A stretch of DNA of 64,000 bases, from the NCBI GenBank assembly GCA_028023455.1, contig JAQFVV010000001.1:31992001-32056000 (forward strand), read 5' to 3'. This stretch comes from Epiperipatus broadwayi. Its lineage: Eukaryota; Animalia; Onychophora. Positions 12,330-25,983 of the stretch are shown in pieces. Position 1 is the stretch's first letter. Each line of letters opens with the position of its first letter. A program made the translations under genes and the position numbers. The notes beneath the pieces were generated by a model. That model was not told the origin of the DNA, searched no databases, and was given only the letters and a program-made list of their open reading frames with translations.

Positions 12330-12760
12330 ATATATATATATATATATACATACTCTAACAGCCATCCAACTGTGTGTTTCAATGCTAGAAGGAAATGGAC
12401 TCTTTGATATTCATTTAATGCTTTTCAACAACTATTTATAGTTTGGTTAGATGTCATGATATTCTTTGAGAATCTGGATGATTTTGATTGAGTTCACACC
12501 CCAATCTGCCTTAAAATGTACCTTTTGTTTTGGATTTAGATGATATTTTTCATAAAATAATCCAATAACATTATTGATCAGTTATAGCAAAAATGCTAAA
12601 CCACTATTTTTCTAGGCTTTTTGTTTTCTCCAGATTCTTCTTTAGGCATCATCTCTTTTAATATCATAATCATTACATCTTGCTAATCATTTCCAGCACA
12701 TGTCATAAAGGTATGAGCTTTTCAGATCACACAACAAGAAATTAGCTTAACAAATGTAAC
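12330..12760 (-). mobile_element. Possible RTE-like LINE 3' remnant
   Basis: CAGND*QDVMIMILKEMMPK loosely matches the RTE C-terminal 'WAGHVAR..D.RW...VLEW.P'. Confidence 0.3.
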
Positions 12761-13269
12761 AATAAGTTTATTATACATATTTTATACAATTCCATTATCA
12801 GTTATTTATTTAATATATTAATCTTCAAATTCATATACAAAGATTGATAAACTTTTCAAATGGTTATTTCTATTTTTATATCAGTTTTCACAAATATATT
12901 ATTTATTTATAACACCTAGTTTTAAATAAACTTGACTTCTCATGTTACACTGTTTATATATTACTTTTTTCTTTGAATAAATAAAATTTTATCTGATTTT
13001 TAATGGGATCCACATAAATAATCAAACCAAATTGATTCACTATATTAATAATTATTTTATTGACTCTAATGTAACAGTAAAAAAGTTGTGAATGTGTCAC
13101 ACATATTCTTTTAAACTTAATCTGTATCTGTATATATTTTGTAAGTTAGCTACATGTTTTGGATATGAAGTTGTTGTTTTTTTCAAAATTTTATGAATTC
13201 TCTGAATACAAATATAATTTTATAGATTATAACTTTCAATTTCTTACTCATAATAATCAAGCACTTTAA

Positions 13270-13680
13270 ATCATCATACTGTCCATATTGCCCATATTTT
13301 ATGACAAAATTTCAATACACCTGAGGTAAAATACTCACAGTTAGCATTAATTAATAAAATTATCAAGTAGGCATGATCATGACCAAATACATAAAAAAAA
13401 TTGATGAATAATTCAACACTCAAGTCAAGATATATAAAATAATATCTCAAATACACTTTTAAGAGTATATATTATAGAGCTATGTTACATATGAAAACAT
13501 ATTTATAAATCATTTTTTAAATATTACAACATTCATATACTTATTATTTCAAATAACTTGGCATGGCTCTTGATGTAGGACATGTTAACTGTTCAAGACA
13601 GAAATATATATAAACTTGCTGATAAATTCTTGTTTCAACTCAAATGTATGGACATAGCTAACAGTAATTATAGTAAATAA
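13270..13680 (-). mobile_element. Possible piggyBac transposase central remnant
   Basis: SYVHTFELKQE (cf. GY...FEIY.G) is followed by NCEYFTSGVL...WAIWTV (cf. DNYFTS..L.....GTV). Confidence 0.35.
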
Positions 13681-14683
13681 CATCAAATGTTTTAAATAAT
13701 TTCATTGTAATCAATATTATTCTATAACAAAAACATATGTACTTCTCTGTATTTAACATCTTAAATCATTCTGCTACTATTTAAATATGATTAATCTCAA
13801 TTGGATACATTACTGATAATAAAATATAAATTAATTCACTGTATCAATACAAGGACATAGTTTACTATATTTTAAGATTAAAATAATTGTGGAATTAAAA
13901 AAAAGAGTTCTTACTACAAATATAATAACATAAATTTGGCATTCATCCTTTAGAAGTAATCGCTAAAGAAGAGTATATAGTGAAAATTAAAAGGAAAAAT
14001 GATTATAAAGGCAAACTTTTGCTCACTTTAATAACTTTTTTAAACAATAAAAATGTTGTTCCATATTGCAGAATTAAACATATTTTATATAAACAGTAAA
14101 TAATTCAGGAATCTGTTCCTCAAATAATCCACATATTTGGGTGGTAAAACTGTAAGGTACATATAAAGATAATGGGAAAGTGGGATTGGCTTTTCTTACT
14201 TAATATTCATATGAATAGATCAATAACAATAGATATCTCACTTCGGGCTAAGTGAACGTATAAAAGACAAACGTATTTATATCTCAGGCTCTTCTATTAC
14301 ATATATACATCGAAATCAAAAGAGCATTTTATTGATCTCAAAACATATTTGAAATAAGTAAACAAATAATTCTAAAGTTTCTTTTAGTGTAACTATCATT
14401 CTTTTTTTTCATTTTTATATTAAGATGTTATATTATTTTATAGTGATTCATAATACTGGATAAAAGAAAATACTAGTGTATGTGTATTTAATATCTCAGG
14501 GTCAATATCAAAATGCCATAACAAATCTAATATGTGTGACTATAAATCAATGATAAGTGTCAATCTTACAAAGAAAATATATGAAAACCAAGTTTTATAT
14601 ATATATAAAATTTTATTGACATTTAAGTGATTTCTTATCATTAATAATAATAATCATATATCTGAAATTACTACAGTTTTTAA

Positions 14684-14689
<6 letters not shown>

Positions 14690-14734
<45 letters not shown>
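14690..14734. repeat. (TA)n microsatellite
   Basis: Visible directly in the sequence. Confidence 0.95.
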
Positions 14735-14735
<1 letters not shown>

Positions 14736-15022
14736 CGTGAAATGATGCTATTACTCCTGAGCAATATTTTCTATATGCTAAAAAAAAAGAATATCTTATC
14801 TGGGGTTATATAGAAGGATATTATAATTATTTAACAATAAATAATTAATTTAGAATACAATTTCTATATGTACTTCGCAGGTAAAAGTTTTTTCTTTTCT
14901 AAGAACATATCGAAATTATCTCCTTATACAAAATAATATATAGGAAATTTCTGAATAAACTAAATTCAAGTAATGGCTGACTGAATAAAATGGCAAAAGT
15001 AAAATAAATATATTTCTGCAAT

Positions 15023-15175
15023 TATTCATGTACATTCTCATTTAACAGAGAATAAGAGAAAATTTATTATCTCTTACATAAAAAATGACATAGCTATGCA
15101 ATGAGATGAATTCACATTTCTCAGATAAAATGAGTTTGTCATAAGAGTAATTCACCATTTCTTATACAAATAAAA
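15023..15175 (-). repeat. Dispersed repeat of about 150 bp; second copy at 32260-32409 (+)
   Basis: The reverse complement gtataagaaatggtgaattactc...tttatgtaagagataataaattttctcttattctctgttaaatgagaatgtacatgaata aligns with 32268 gtataagagatagtgaatctctc...tttatgtaagagatgataaaattccacttattgcatgttaaatgaaaatatgtatgaata. Confidence 0.8.
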
Positions 15176-17030
15176 GAAAATATATTATCATGTATGACAA
15201 CACCAAGTATATGAAGACCACTATTCAAATTATTCACATAAATAAATTTACCAAAATCTTACTTCTAGTACTTATATCCTTAATGTCTCATTAAATGTCA
15301 GCATGATTCCTTTTACCCTGGGAATGATGTATTTAGAATATTTAAAATTTATAATGATAATAAATTTCAATATTCAATATATATTCTCTGATAAGTCTTA
15401 GATTATACTTATATTACATCAAACCATTCACACCAAAGATAATATATAAAATATTTGCTAATATATGTGTAAATATACAGCAAAAACTATATATTTTAAG
15501 TATTATTGATTTTAAAAGAAAATTTCTTTGGGAAGACTAAGAGAAAAAAATGCATAACAACAATTTTTAATAAAATTATTATTAATGAAAATAATGTCTT
15601 TATTTCTTTTTTTAAAATTCAAAGTTCAATGTCAATCTGATTTTCAGTGGCTTTCCAAGTAATATTGACAAACTACAAAAGTGAATTCCAACAGAAAGTT
15701 CATTCCATTAAATTTTAAATTTTTTACATAAAAGTCTATTGTTCACAAAACTAGCTTCATAGATTATTACAGATGGATATAAAAAGTTAAGGATCCTTGG
15801 AACTGTTGATAAATTATTAATTGGTCCATACAATAACATTCTCCCTGCAGATATCTAAAATGTAACTTCTTCACAGCTTAGGTTTAGAAAAGATAGATTT
15901 CCTTTTTGTTAGATAGGCTTTTATTTTATTTTAATCTTTTGCTTTATTTTAACATTATGCCATGACGAACTTTGGCCACAATGAAGGCAACAAGAATGGA
16001 GTCATCACATGTGCTGTTGGACTACATCTATCTAGTAGATAATCCTCGCTAATAACTTTACTACTATTGTCACTTTTAAAACTATGTTAAAAGGATACAA
16101 TCTAGTCAGATTAAAAGTTTTGTATCAAGTCCCCAGTTTTTTTTTTTATTAAGGGTAAATAACCTTCCTTACTTCAAAAATTAATGCTGGTTGAATTACT
16201 ATGGTTATCTCCTAGTAACCACATGATGTTAAAAACTTTCCATTGTTCATTTTGCATACTCACATATACACATACCTTGAATATTTGTTTTTGAATACTT
16301 TGGGTTCAACTACTTCTAAAAATAACTTTAATATTAACAAAAATAATAATATATAACTTAAATAATTAGCTTTTATATAATTTTATTAAATTTTAAATCT
16401 TATATCACTCTTGTGCTTTTAAATTCATATCAACATACATATTATTTGGCAAATATTAAAATTAAAATAATTGCCTGTAATATTTCAATCATTTTTTTTT
16501 AATTTAAATAATCTTTCACTTAAATATAAATAAAAGATTTTAATCTCAACAACTTTCTGAAAAAATAAACAGTTTAAAATAGAAAAACAATGTTACAAGT
16601 AAAACAACAATAGACATAACAGATTTCTATTTTTAAAACTTCTTTATACCTAAGTTGCCAATTTGAATTTTTTTTTAAAAATTACAACAAATATAATTTG
16701 TAACATATCCTGTTTGAATACAGTGTTAGAAAGAGCAAATATGAAAGAATGTAATAAACTAATAAAATAGTCATTGCCTCAAAAAACATTTAAAAAAATA
16801 GATTTTTAATATTTTATTAAACATGTTTATTTTTACACTGCTTCACAAATTCTACATTTTGAAAATTAAATGTTAAAATGACATTTTCATAGACAGCTTC
16901 ATCACATTTGTCATAAAATACTGAAAAAATTGATATATAACATGACTTACCTGAGATGTTTTCATTGTAAAACTTACAAAAATAAAATGATTGGTGATTT
17001 TCATTTTTAGTACCTGACCCAGATCTTGTT

Positions 17031-17095
17031 CTTCCATGCAGGGTAACTGTTAGAAATGTTTGATTCTACTTCCATGCAGGGTATCTGTTAGAAAT
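17031..17095. repeat. 27-bp direct repeat with a 38-bp period
   Basis: cttccatgcagggta(a/t)ctgttagaaat at 17031 and 17069. Confidence 0.9.
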
Positions 17096-17379
17096 AGGTT
17101 TGGTTTTAATGGGGGAGGGGATAAGAGTAAGAACAGTTTATAAGAAATTATGCAAAGAAGATTGTAATGTATTAAAAAATATAATTAATTATTATATTAT
17201 TGAAAAATGTGGGTGGACTCACCTAATATATATATTCTTTTCAAGTATAAAAAGTGTACTCAAAAAATAAATGTCAAACAAAAATTTCTCTAAAATAAAG
17301 TAAATAGAAACATCAAAATAAACAAATTTATTATGAGCACTGATTATATATGTGTGTGAGGGGGGAGATGATAATCTGG

Positions 17380-17870
17380 ACTAACTGATATATGAGATAG
17401 AGTGAATGGCTGAGGGTGCTTGAAAGTCTGTGTTTAAGAGATTATTACAAAATTATAACAAATGAGTACAATGTTACTGTAATCAAACAATAAATGAATG
17501 ATCATATAAAAATTATGATATATCTTACCTATTGTGGTATATGATTCTGAATCTGGAAGTGCATGTTTTTATTGTCATTGAAATGTAAATTACCTAAAAT
17601 TTCAATAAATCGATCTTGGGTCATAACTTTAGCAAGTTGCGGTTGATGCAGTAACTCTTTTTTAGACCAAATGAATTTTAATCTAGTTGCCACATGTGGT
17701 ATACTACAAATTTAAATCACCATGTCTAAAAATGCATTCAACTCATGGGTCAAAAGATTGACACATTTTAGAACAGCTTTTTATTCTATAGCATATTTAG
17801 TGCTTTCCACACATATATAATTATATATTTTCTTATAAAAAAATAAGTAATAAAAAATATTAATTGAATA
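17380..17870 (-). mobile_element. piggyBac-family transposase pseudogene fragment (N-terminal half)
   Basis: One frame reads VESTKYAIE*K...THELNAFLDMVI*...FIWSKKELLHQPQLAKVMTQDRFIEILGNLHFNDN. This matches the piggyBac motifs 'ETN.YA', 'E..AF.G..I', 'YWS.......IA.VM.R.RF..I...LHFNDN'. In-frame stops are present. Confidence 0.75.
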
Positions 17871-20098
17871 CTCACAGGTGGTGGGAAATTTTAGGCCTGA
17901 GATGCATGACACATAAATGTTATTGTCCAGAATTGAATCCAAGTCTAGTTATGAAGAAGGCCCTAGCATAGATTCAGTTGCCATGCTCAACCTCCTTACA
18001 GATGATTTCACAAACCATTTTTTTTTTGGACACTGCAGCTTCCTGATCTGAACTATCACTATAATTTTCATTGGATGAGCTGCTAGATAAAAAAACCTCA
18101 GAAACATAGGGCTCTCTGTATCCAAATCAAAATTCTTGTAGTACCCATTTCAGCAGTAAAAAAAAATTATGATTATTAAATCTAAAAAAAATTTCAAAAA
18201 AGTAATTAAAAATTGCATTTTAGAAAAAAAATTATAAAAAATTTAAATTTCATCATACAGAAAAAAATACATACATCATTTTAAAGGCAACAAGATGGTG
18301 GAAAGAATGATGAGATACCCATAAGTGTAGTAAGACTTATTGATTTTGTGCAAATTCAATTTAAAATCTATGATTGATCAAAATTCTAAAAAGAGGTACT
18401 AAATGGGTAGGTCAAGCTCAAGTGATAATTTTGATCACAACTGTATATGATTAAACAAATGAAATCTGTATTTTTTTAAAGATCATATTTTTTAAATTCA
18501 CAATGAGGGTCAACTACTACAATATATATATATATATGTTAAAACGAAGATTTGCACGGGTTAAATATATAAAATACACATATATATATATTAATAATGT
18601 TATCGTCTGCATGATTTTCCACAGTGTGAGACTTCTCAACATTAAGTAACAGCATTGTATAACGTATTAGTGGGCACGCATATAAAAATTAGTAAGCTGC
18701 AAACTAAGAATATAATCTACTAGCTTTTATTTTATATTAAATGTTTATGATAATATAAAAAATATCTTTTTAGAATCAAAATGATTTTAATTTAAGTGTG
18801 ACAATATATTTCAATCACATAAATTTAAACCTACAATTTTAAGTTTTATATTATGGTTCTTCTAAAGTGCATTCTAAAAATAAAAGAATAAGCAGTTTTT
18901 GGTTATGTCTACTAGTTTTTAAATATTATATATAATAAATCAGATATAGATTATAATATTTTCCAAACTGATATATCTTTAATAATTTAAATGCTTTAAA
19001 ATAATATCGACTTTACAAATGCAATATTTAATACTAATTCGGCAAATTTGCCATCTATGCTTGTTATTAAATATATATATAGTTTAATAATTATTTAAAT
19101 TTTTAGTTAACATTATTGGAGATAAACACTTTTTTACATAATGATATTAAAAACATTATAAACAAATCAATTCATTTTTACTAAATCATTTTTTAAAAAA
19201 AAAATCTGGTTATAATTGATTATTTGAAGCTAATTAAAAATTAATTACAATTGAGTTAATGAATTTTGACTGTAAATGACATAAAAATTTAAAAATTGAA
19301 AGCTTCTGTATTTGAATAATTAGTTTTTTTATTATTAAATAAGAATATGGGAAATAAGAAATTTTAATAAATATAAATTTCAATATTTAACCATTCAAAA
19401 ATATATCATTGAATAATTATGGAGAATAAATAAACATTAAAGATTATTTACTAAATATTGATTTAATTAATAAAATAATGAACAAAATAATATTTTGTTA
19501 AATGATTGAGATAAATTTAAAGAAAATTAAATAAAAATGTAAAGTAGTTTTTTTAGAATTTTTTTTTTTTTTTTTTAGAAAATTAAGAGGATAAATACGC
19601 AGTCAGATAAAAGCTTGGATTTACAATAAATCCCGCACTATATTTACATTGCATGTATATATTAAGAAATGCAGCACTTTAAACTATGTATATAAAAACC
19701 AGAAATAAAATAAATAAAAGTAGTATAATAATATTGATAACACTAAGATAAGTTGTCGTTTTTGATTTATATATATATTAAACATATATTTTAATTATAG
19801 ATAAATAAAACTGAAAAGATTTAACAATAAATATTGTATTATTTAATAAAAAACTTCTTTTGAAAATATTTTATTATCCTTCTTAATTTAACACATAAAT
19901 TATTAAGAACATTTAAGGATCATTATAAGTAATAATATCTTGATTTTTTTTGTTTATTTTTTTAAACGTAAGTTTTCCCCCGTTTTTTTCCCTCCTCCTA
20001 TAAATATTATATACAATAACAAAAAAAAAAAAACAATTATATTATGTTTAATTTTCTTTCAATTTTATATTTTACATTATTATTTACATATATATATA

Positions 20099-20388
20099 AT
20101 TTTAAAATAATTTATAAAACAAAATTGATACAGATAACTCAGTATAAATAAAAATTATTTAATATATCAATTCAGTTTTTGTTTATTTACTTTTTTTTTT
20201 TTTTGGAAATTATTTAATATATCAATCAGACCATCTTTCAATTCTTATTCTGGGTTGATATATTAAATAATTTTTATTTATACTGAGTTGTCTGTATCAA
20301 TTTTGTTTTATAAATTGATTATTTTTAAATTTTACATATAAAATGCAACATTATAGACAAAATTTAAAATTAAAATTTGATCATTTAT
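20099..20388. repeat. Inverted-repeat module, same family as 47660-47943
   Basis: The left arm 20099-20177 is the reverse complement of about 20253-20332 (ttgatatattaaataatttttatttatactgagtt.tctgtatcaattttgttttataaatt). A partial third copy lies at 20205-20226. 20330-20388 aligns inverted with 47658-47725. Confidence 0.85.
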
Positions 20389-20456
20389 AATATATATATA
20401 TAATAAATGTAAAATACAGTACCCGTTATAAAATATTATATGTATAAAAAAAAAAA

Positions 20457-20638
20457 TTAACGGTAAATACAATATTATAGTTTAAATTCTTTTGTAGCGC
20501 TTTCGATTTACACAGCTTATGGAAATATACGTAACATTATGTTTGAAAATTTGAAATTCAGTTAAAGCTGACGAGGATTACCACGTAATCGAAAGTGCTA
20601 CAAAAGAATTTAAACTATAATATTGTATTTACCGTTAA
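20457..20638. repeat. 52-bp inverted repeats (20457-20508 and 20587-20638) overlapping a hammerhead core
   Basis: The arms are identical except agcgct/agtgct. Both ends read TTAA. Confidence 0.9.
20567..20601 (+). ncRNA. Hammerhead ribozyme core with very weak helix I
   Basis: CTGACGA 20568-74; one extra G; helix II GATTAC-cac-GTAATC (6 perfect bp); GAAA 20591-94; helix III AG-tg-CT (AGCGCT in the inverted arm); CUA triplet. Only 1 bp of helix I is evident. Confidence 0.55.
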
Positions 20639-23600
20639 AATTTATTTATTTATATATATTTGTAATCTTTGGGAGCTCAACCACAAACAAGATGTATCAT
20701 CATAGCAATACTAAACCAGGTGGGCACCATAATATTTATGGATTTGTACAAGTGAATGAGTCATCTTATGGACAAAATATATTGTAACATAAATATAACA
20801 ATAAAAATATCAGCTTCTTATTTTATCCAAATTTCAGATTCTTATTTTATCCAAATCTCAGATGTTTATATTTATTCATCACAATAAATAATTGTTTTGC
20901 TTAACATTCAAATACACTCAAAAGAGATAACAACTTAGGTTCTTATACACAAGATAATCTTATCTTTTTATAATTCATAAACTTACATTTCATTTTTAAA
21001 ATAAATGAGAAAGTGAAAATGGTTAGTATTCAAGTCTCTGAATACTTCAAATAATATTTGGCTAGCAATAAAAAATAGATACTCTCAAAATATTTAGTGT
21101 TCATCCCTTATAAATAATCATATTTATGTAACTTGTGACTAAATCTCATTAAGATATCTTAATGTATAGTCTTATACTAAGCAAAGTAAAATAATGCAGT
21201 ACTAGAGAGGGTAATTTTATGCTACTCAGTACAGCATTAAGTATATGTAACAAAACATATAACAACATAAGATTTTATTGTAAATAATGCAGTTATAAAG
21301 AAAACTAAATAAATTGGAATAAATAATTTTAATGTGACTTAAGAAATATACTCTTATGTTCAACATTGTTTAATATAATCGTATTAACTACATTTTCTGG
21401 TTAAATTGGTGTGATGATGACAACAAAAATATAATACAATAAAGTAAAATAATAAGTAGTAGACAAAGCAATATTAATCACTACTGATGTAACTATTTAC
21501 ATAACCTAAAATAAAGTATCACTCAATGAAAAAAATATTTAAATTTTAAATTGCATTTAAGAAGTTCTTTCTTTTATTTGAAAAACAAACCATTCAGCAT
21601 TTGTGAATACAGAATAGAAAACATATGCCAGCTATATTTAAAATCAGTGCATAATTTATTTCTATAATACTGCTAACAGAATTGAATATAAAAACAAGTA
21701 TAATTCTTAGAAGTTTTACTTGTTTAGGCAAACACAGGCAGAATACTAAAAGTTCATTACTATCAATAACTTAATATACCTGAAAATAATTTAAAGTAGA
21801 GTTAAATATGTTCATATATTTACATAAATATGCACACTAATAAATTTAAAGGCGAAAATAATAAATAAGTTGATATCTGGTTACAAGCCCAGAAAATGCT
21901 GAATAAACCACAATCTCTACTCTGGACAGGCTAAATAAAATTCAAAGCAACAGTAACTGTCAACATTATTGCTGCAATTGATACCTGACAATGAACAAAA
22001 TACTGATAAATTAATAAATAAAGCACGCTTAATAAATAATCTCACATACACATAAACACACATATTCTGACTAAAAAAATACTGAAACCAATATAAAAAT
22101 AATTTCAGGGCAATACCTTAAAATAGGTAATTAAAACTGCATTTATTCATACACTGACTTCAAATAATACACTCATTCACATACAAAGCATAGAATAACT
22201 GTTTTGCTCTCTGTGCATATTAACAACTTTTAATAGTAGCAGAATATTAATTCTGAGAACTCTTAAAATTTATAATTATAACTCTTTCACCTGAATATTT
22301 ACTCATACCAATTTTTATTTTAAAATGTATACTATCATAAATATATCCAATATAATATTAGACATAATAACAAATCAATAATACATAAGTAATAATTGTA
22401 ATAAAATAATAATAATGTCAATGTTTTAATCACACTACATTTGTATTATTTCATATTAATAAAGTCAGAGTTTATGAGTCCTTTCATTTTAAATAAAATG
22501 AAAATAACTCTTTGAGCTTAGAAGTCTGGCCATTCTTCATAAAAGTGAAATATTGCATGATTTTATTGAATGCATAGGAAATAAATAAATGAATAAGTCA
22601 GAGCAGAAGTCCCTTAAAATGTTGTTTAGCATTTTAACTTATGAAAATAAAGAGGAGAACAAATATAGGTATTTTTTAATAAATAAGAGCAAAACTTCAT
22701 AATAAAAGTTTATACAGCATTTTAATAGGATTAATAACATGATGCAAATTCCAAATTATTTTTTCTTACAGAACAATAAAAAAATTTTAGCTAGATAAAT
22801 CAGTGGAATTCCAAGATAATATTTATTTGTATTAGATGAAACATAATTATTTAACTTTTTTAAGATAGTGAAAATATAAGCATATAACATTATTGTTTCT
22901 TTTAAATAAATGAAGACTTCTATAATAAGTACATTTTATTTGCTTCTTCGGTTTCATGATAATTTTCAAATAACTCATTATAGCATATATTTCAAACTGA
23001 AGATATATATTAAGTTTAAAGACAATTTCATGTAATAATAATGATTTTTCAATAATTAATACTTTAAAACATTTTATAATAGTCCATAATAAATAACTTC
23101 TTTTAAAATAATGCAATTAGTAGAGCATGATAATGATAATATTAGTCTTTGCAATTAATTTGTATAACTTTTTACAACTTATGAAAATGAAATGTTAATA
23201 AATTGGTTTTAAAACAAAATCTAGAATTAACTAAAAGTTTATCAATATATGTTATAATTTTCCAGCTTATCAGCATATTATATTGTTTCTTCATATTTAT
23301 GATGCATTGAAAATTTTTCTCATCACAATCAAAATCATTGTATGTTTCAGATGAAAGGCATTGACTATATATAGCAAGGGAAATCACAGCACAAAGAGTA
23401 AATTGCTTAAATGACACTAAGGTTTTAGCAATTCATGTTTTAAAAGATATTTAATTAAAGTTGATTTCTTCAAAAGAAGAGTTAAAGTTAGACTTAGATT
23501 AAAAATTAAAAGTAAAGTAATAATTTATTTCCCATTTTTTCTTTTAAATGTCTGTGGTAAAATTTATCATGTGATTTTAATTAATCAATCAGCAATTAAC

Positions 23601-25983
23601 ATTTGGAAAGGGGTTTAAATTAACTGATACAACCATAACCTTTAACTAATCAGATAATCTAAAAATAGATTTAGTTTTAAAGTTTGTTTAGGCTAAAAAA
23701 AATAATTAACTATATTTAATTATTAACATAATTATTTACTTTATTTAAAACAATTACTTTTTATATTATTTAAAAGTTCTTAAAAATTATGCTTAATCCA
23801 ATCTAATATTAAGATAACCCCTATTCAGTGAAATATATGATTTTTAAAATAATTAACACTTCTAAGGATAATTTATTTCAGACTTTCTTCTTTTAAAATT
23901 ACCCATAAACAAATACATACACTAGACATATCAGGAAATAATTAAAATTATGGAATTTATTTAAAAACTAACAATTAATATTTTAACAGGCCCTTTTTTA
24001 AAAGATAACAAAAATTGTCTCTATTGAAATTTATTCAAAATATAATACATTTCAAACTAATTTTATTTAATTTTAATCTGACAAACTATAAATTTAAACA
24101 ACTATCAAATGAATTTCTTAATATTTTAGCAATTGGCATTTAAATACATTTTTATCACACATTTTAATAATATAATTTAAAATACATAATAAAGATTTCA
24201 TACAATTTAAAATTGTAAGTCTTAGTATAGCAAGAGTTATTTTATTTAAGTTAATAAATAAATAAAAATAATTAAAGCATTACATGACCTATTTAACCCT
24301 CTCCAGACTAAATATAAGGTTATAATATATATATATGTGTGTGTGTATTTGGGGAATATTTATTAATCTATGCTAATAATATAGAGAAATGTGCGTGTGC
24401 ATCTTTACACATACAGAACATAATATATATATATGTCTTATAAAATTTCCCATTTATGTTTAAATGACCAATGATTATTTAATTGTTCCTTTAAATTATA
24501 TTTAATATACAGTACTTAGTTTTGTAGGTTTTTCTTCTATTTGGATCTTTAAATCATTTGTAGATTAGCATAACCAAATTGGCACTTTTAAAGTATATCT
24601 TAATTTTTTATGTATTTAGTTTTCAACAAGAATAGAGTTTATAGAAAAATTAATTTATTTTCTATCATAATTACTATTTAAATTGATTTTAATTTCATTA
24701 AAAATAATATAAGTTTAATATATTGAGAATTTAAAAAAACACTATATATTGCCTTTACTATCATAAAGGTAATAAAATTTCTGTTTTATGATATGGGCTT
24801 TTTAATCTTAAAACAATTACAATTATGGAAAAAAAGTTTTATATTTATTAGTAGAATATCATTAATATAAATGAAAATATAATTACAATAAGTTTTCAAA
24901 ATAGTGAAAACTTGATGCTTTTTTATGTTGACAATTATAACATAAAATCCTCACTGCATTGCGCTCATATCTTTGATTTTATCTGTTATCTAAAAACAAA
25001 AATGAAAACTGAATTATAGATTCATTAGTGTTAAAAATAAATAATTAAATTACAATTATAATTTAAAAACCAAAAAAAGTAATTTTTATATGTTGTCCAA
25101 TATGTACTTGATAAAAATATGTTTTTAAAAAAATCCCATTTATGGATCAAAAAATTCTAAAATGCATGCATAGTGAAAAGGTTAAATAAGTGACAAACTC
25201 AAAGTAACACCATTCCAAAACAAAACCATTGTTAACAAAATATAACAGTCAAGTATCAATTTGCATTGCATTTGAGGAAACCTAGAACTTATATGGTATG
25301 AAGATGTACAAATGCATATCCATGAAATATTAGCTTATTTCATTTATATGTGTATATACATATATCATTCATATGTAAATACATACACATGATTATAAAA
25401 ATTTGTATAGAAACCAATATTAATGATAATAATGTAAACTATAAATAAAAAAAATATTTTAATATTACATCAATAGTTTCATTGCTATATGAATAAAAGA
25501 AAAAAAAGAAAAATATATAGTGAGAAGGAAGTTATATTTTTAAAAAATCTAGATGTCACTATATATAATAAGTTTGTAAAAAATCTCACTAATATATATT
25601 ATATAGAGCGGTAAAACATTGGTGAAAAAAAAAATTATATAAAATAATACATTATTTGTTGTTTTACAAATTTTTTATCTTAGTTATTTAAAAACAAAAG
25701 CAACATAATATATTTTATTTATTTTCATTTTATGATATTCTTAATTACTATATATACTTCATTTAATTCCCAATTACTTGATACAATGAGACAAATAAAA
25801 ATTTAAGTTTGAGAAAAGTGAGCAAAATAACCTGTATTTCAGTTCCCTGACTGAAGATAGATAAAATCACTATTCCAGAGAATATTATGATTAATGATAC
25901 AATTTCTTTATTAGCTGCAGAAAGGAGTTTGCGATTAACTGAAAAGAGACCCTTTGATTCTTCTTGGAGGCCTTAAAGGAACC

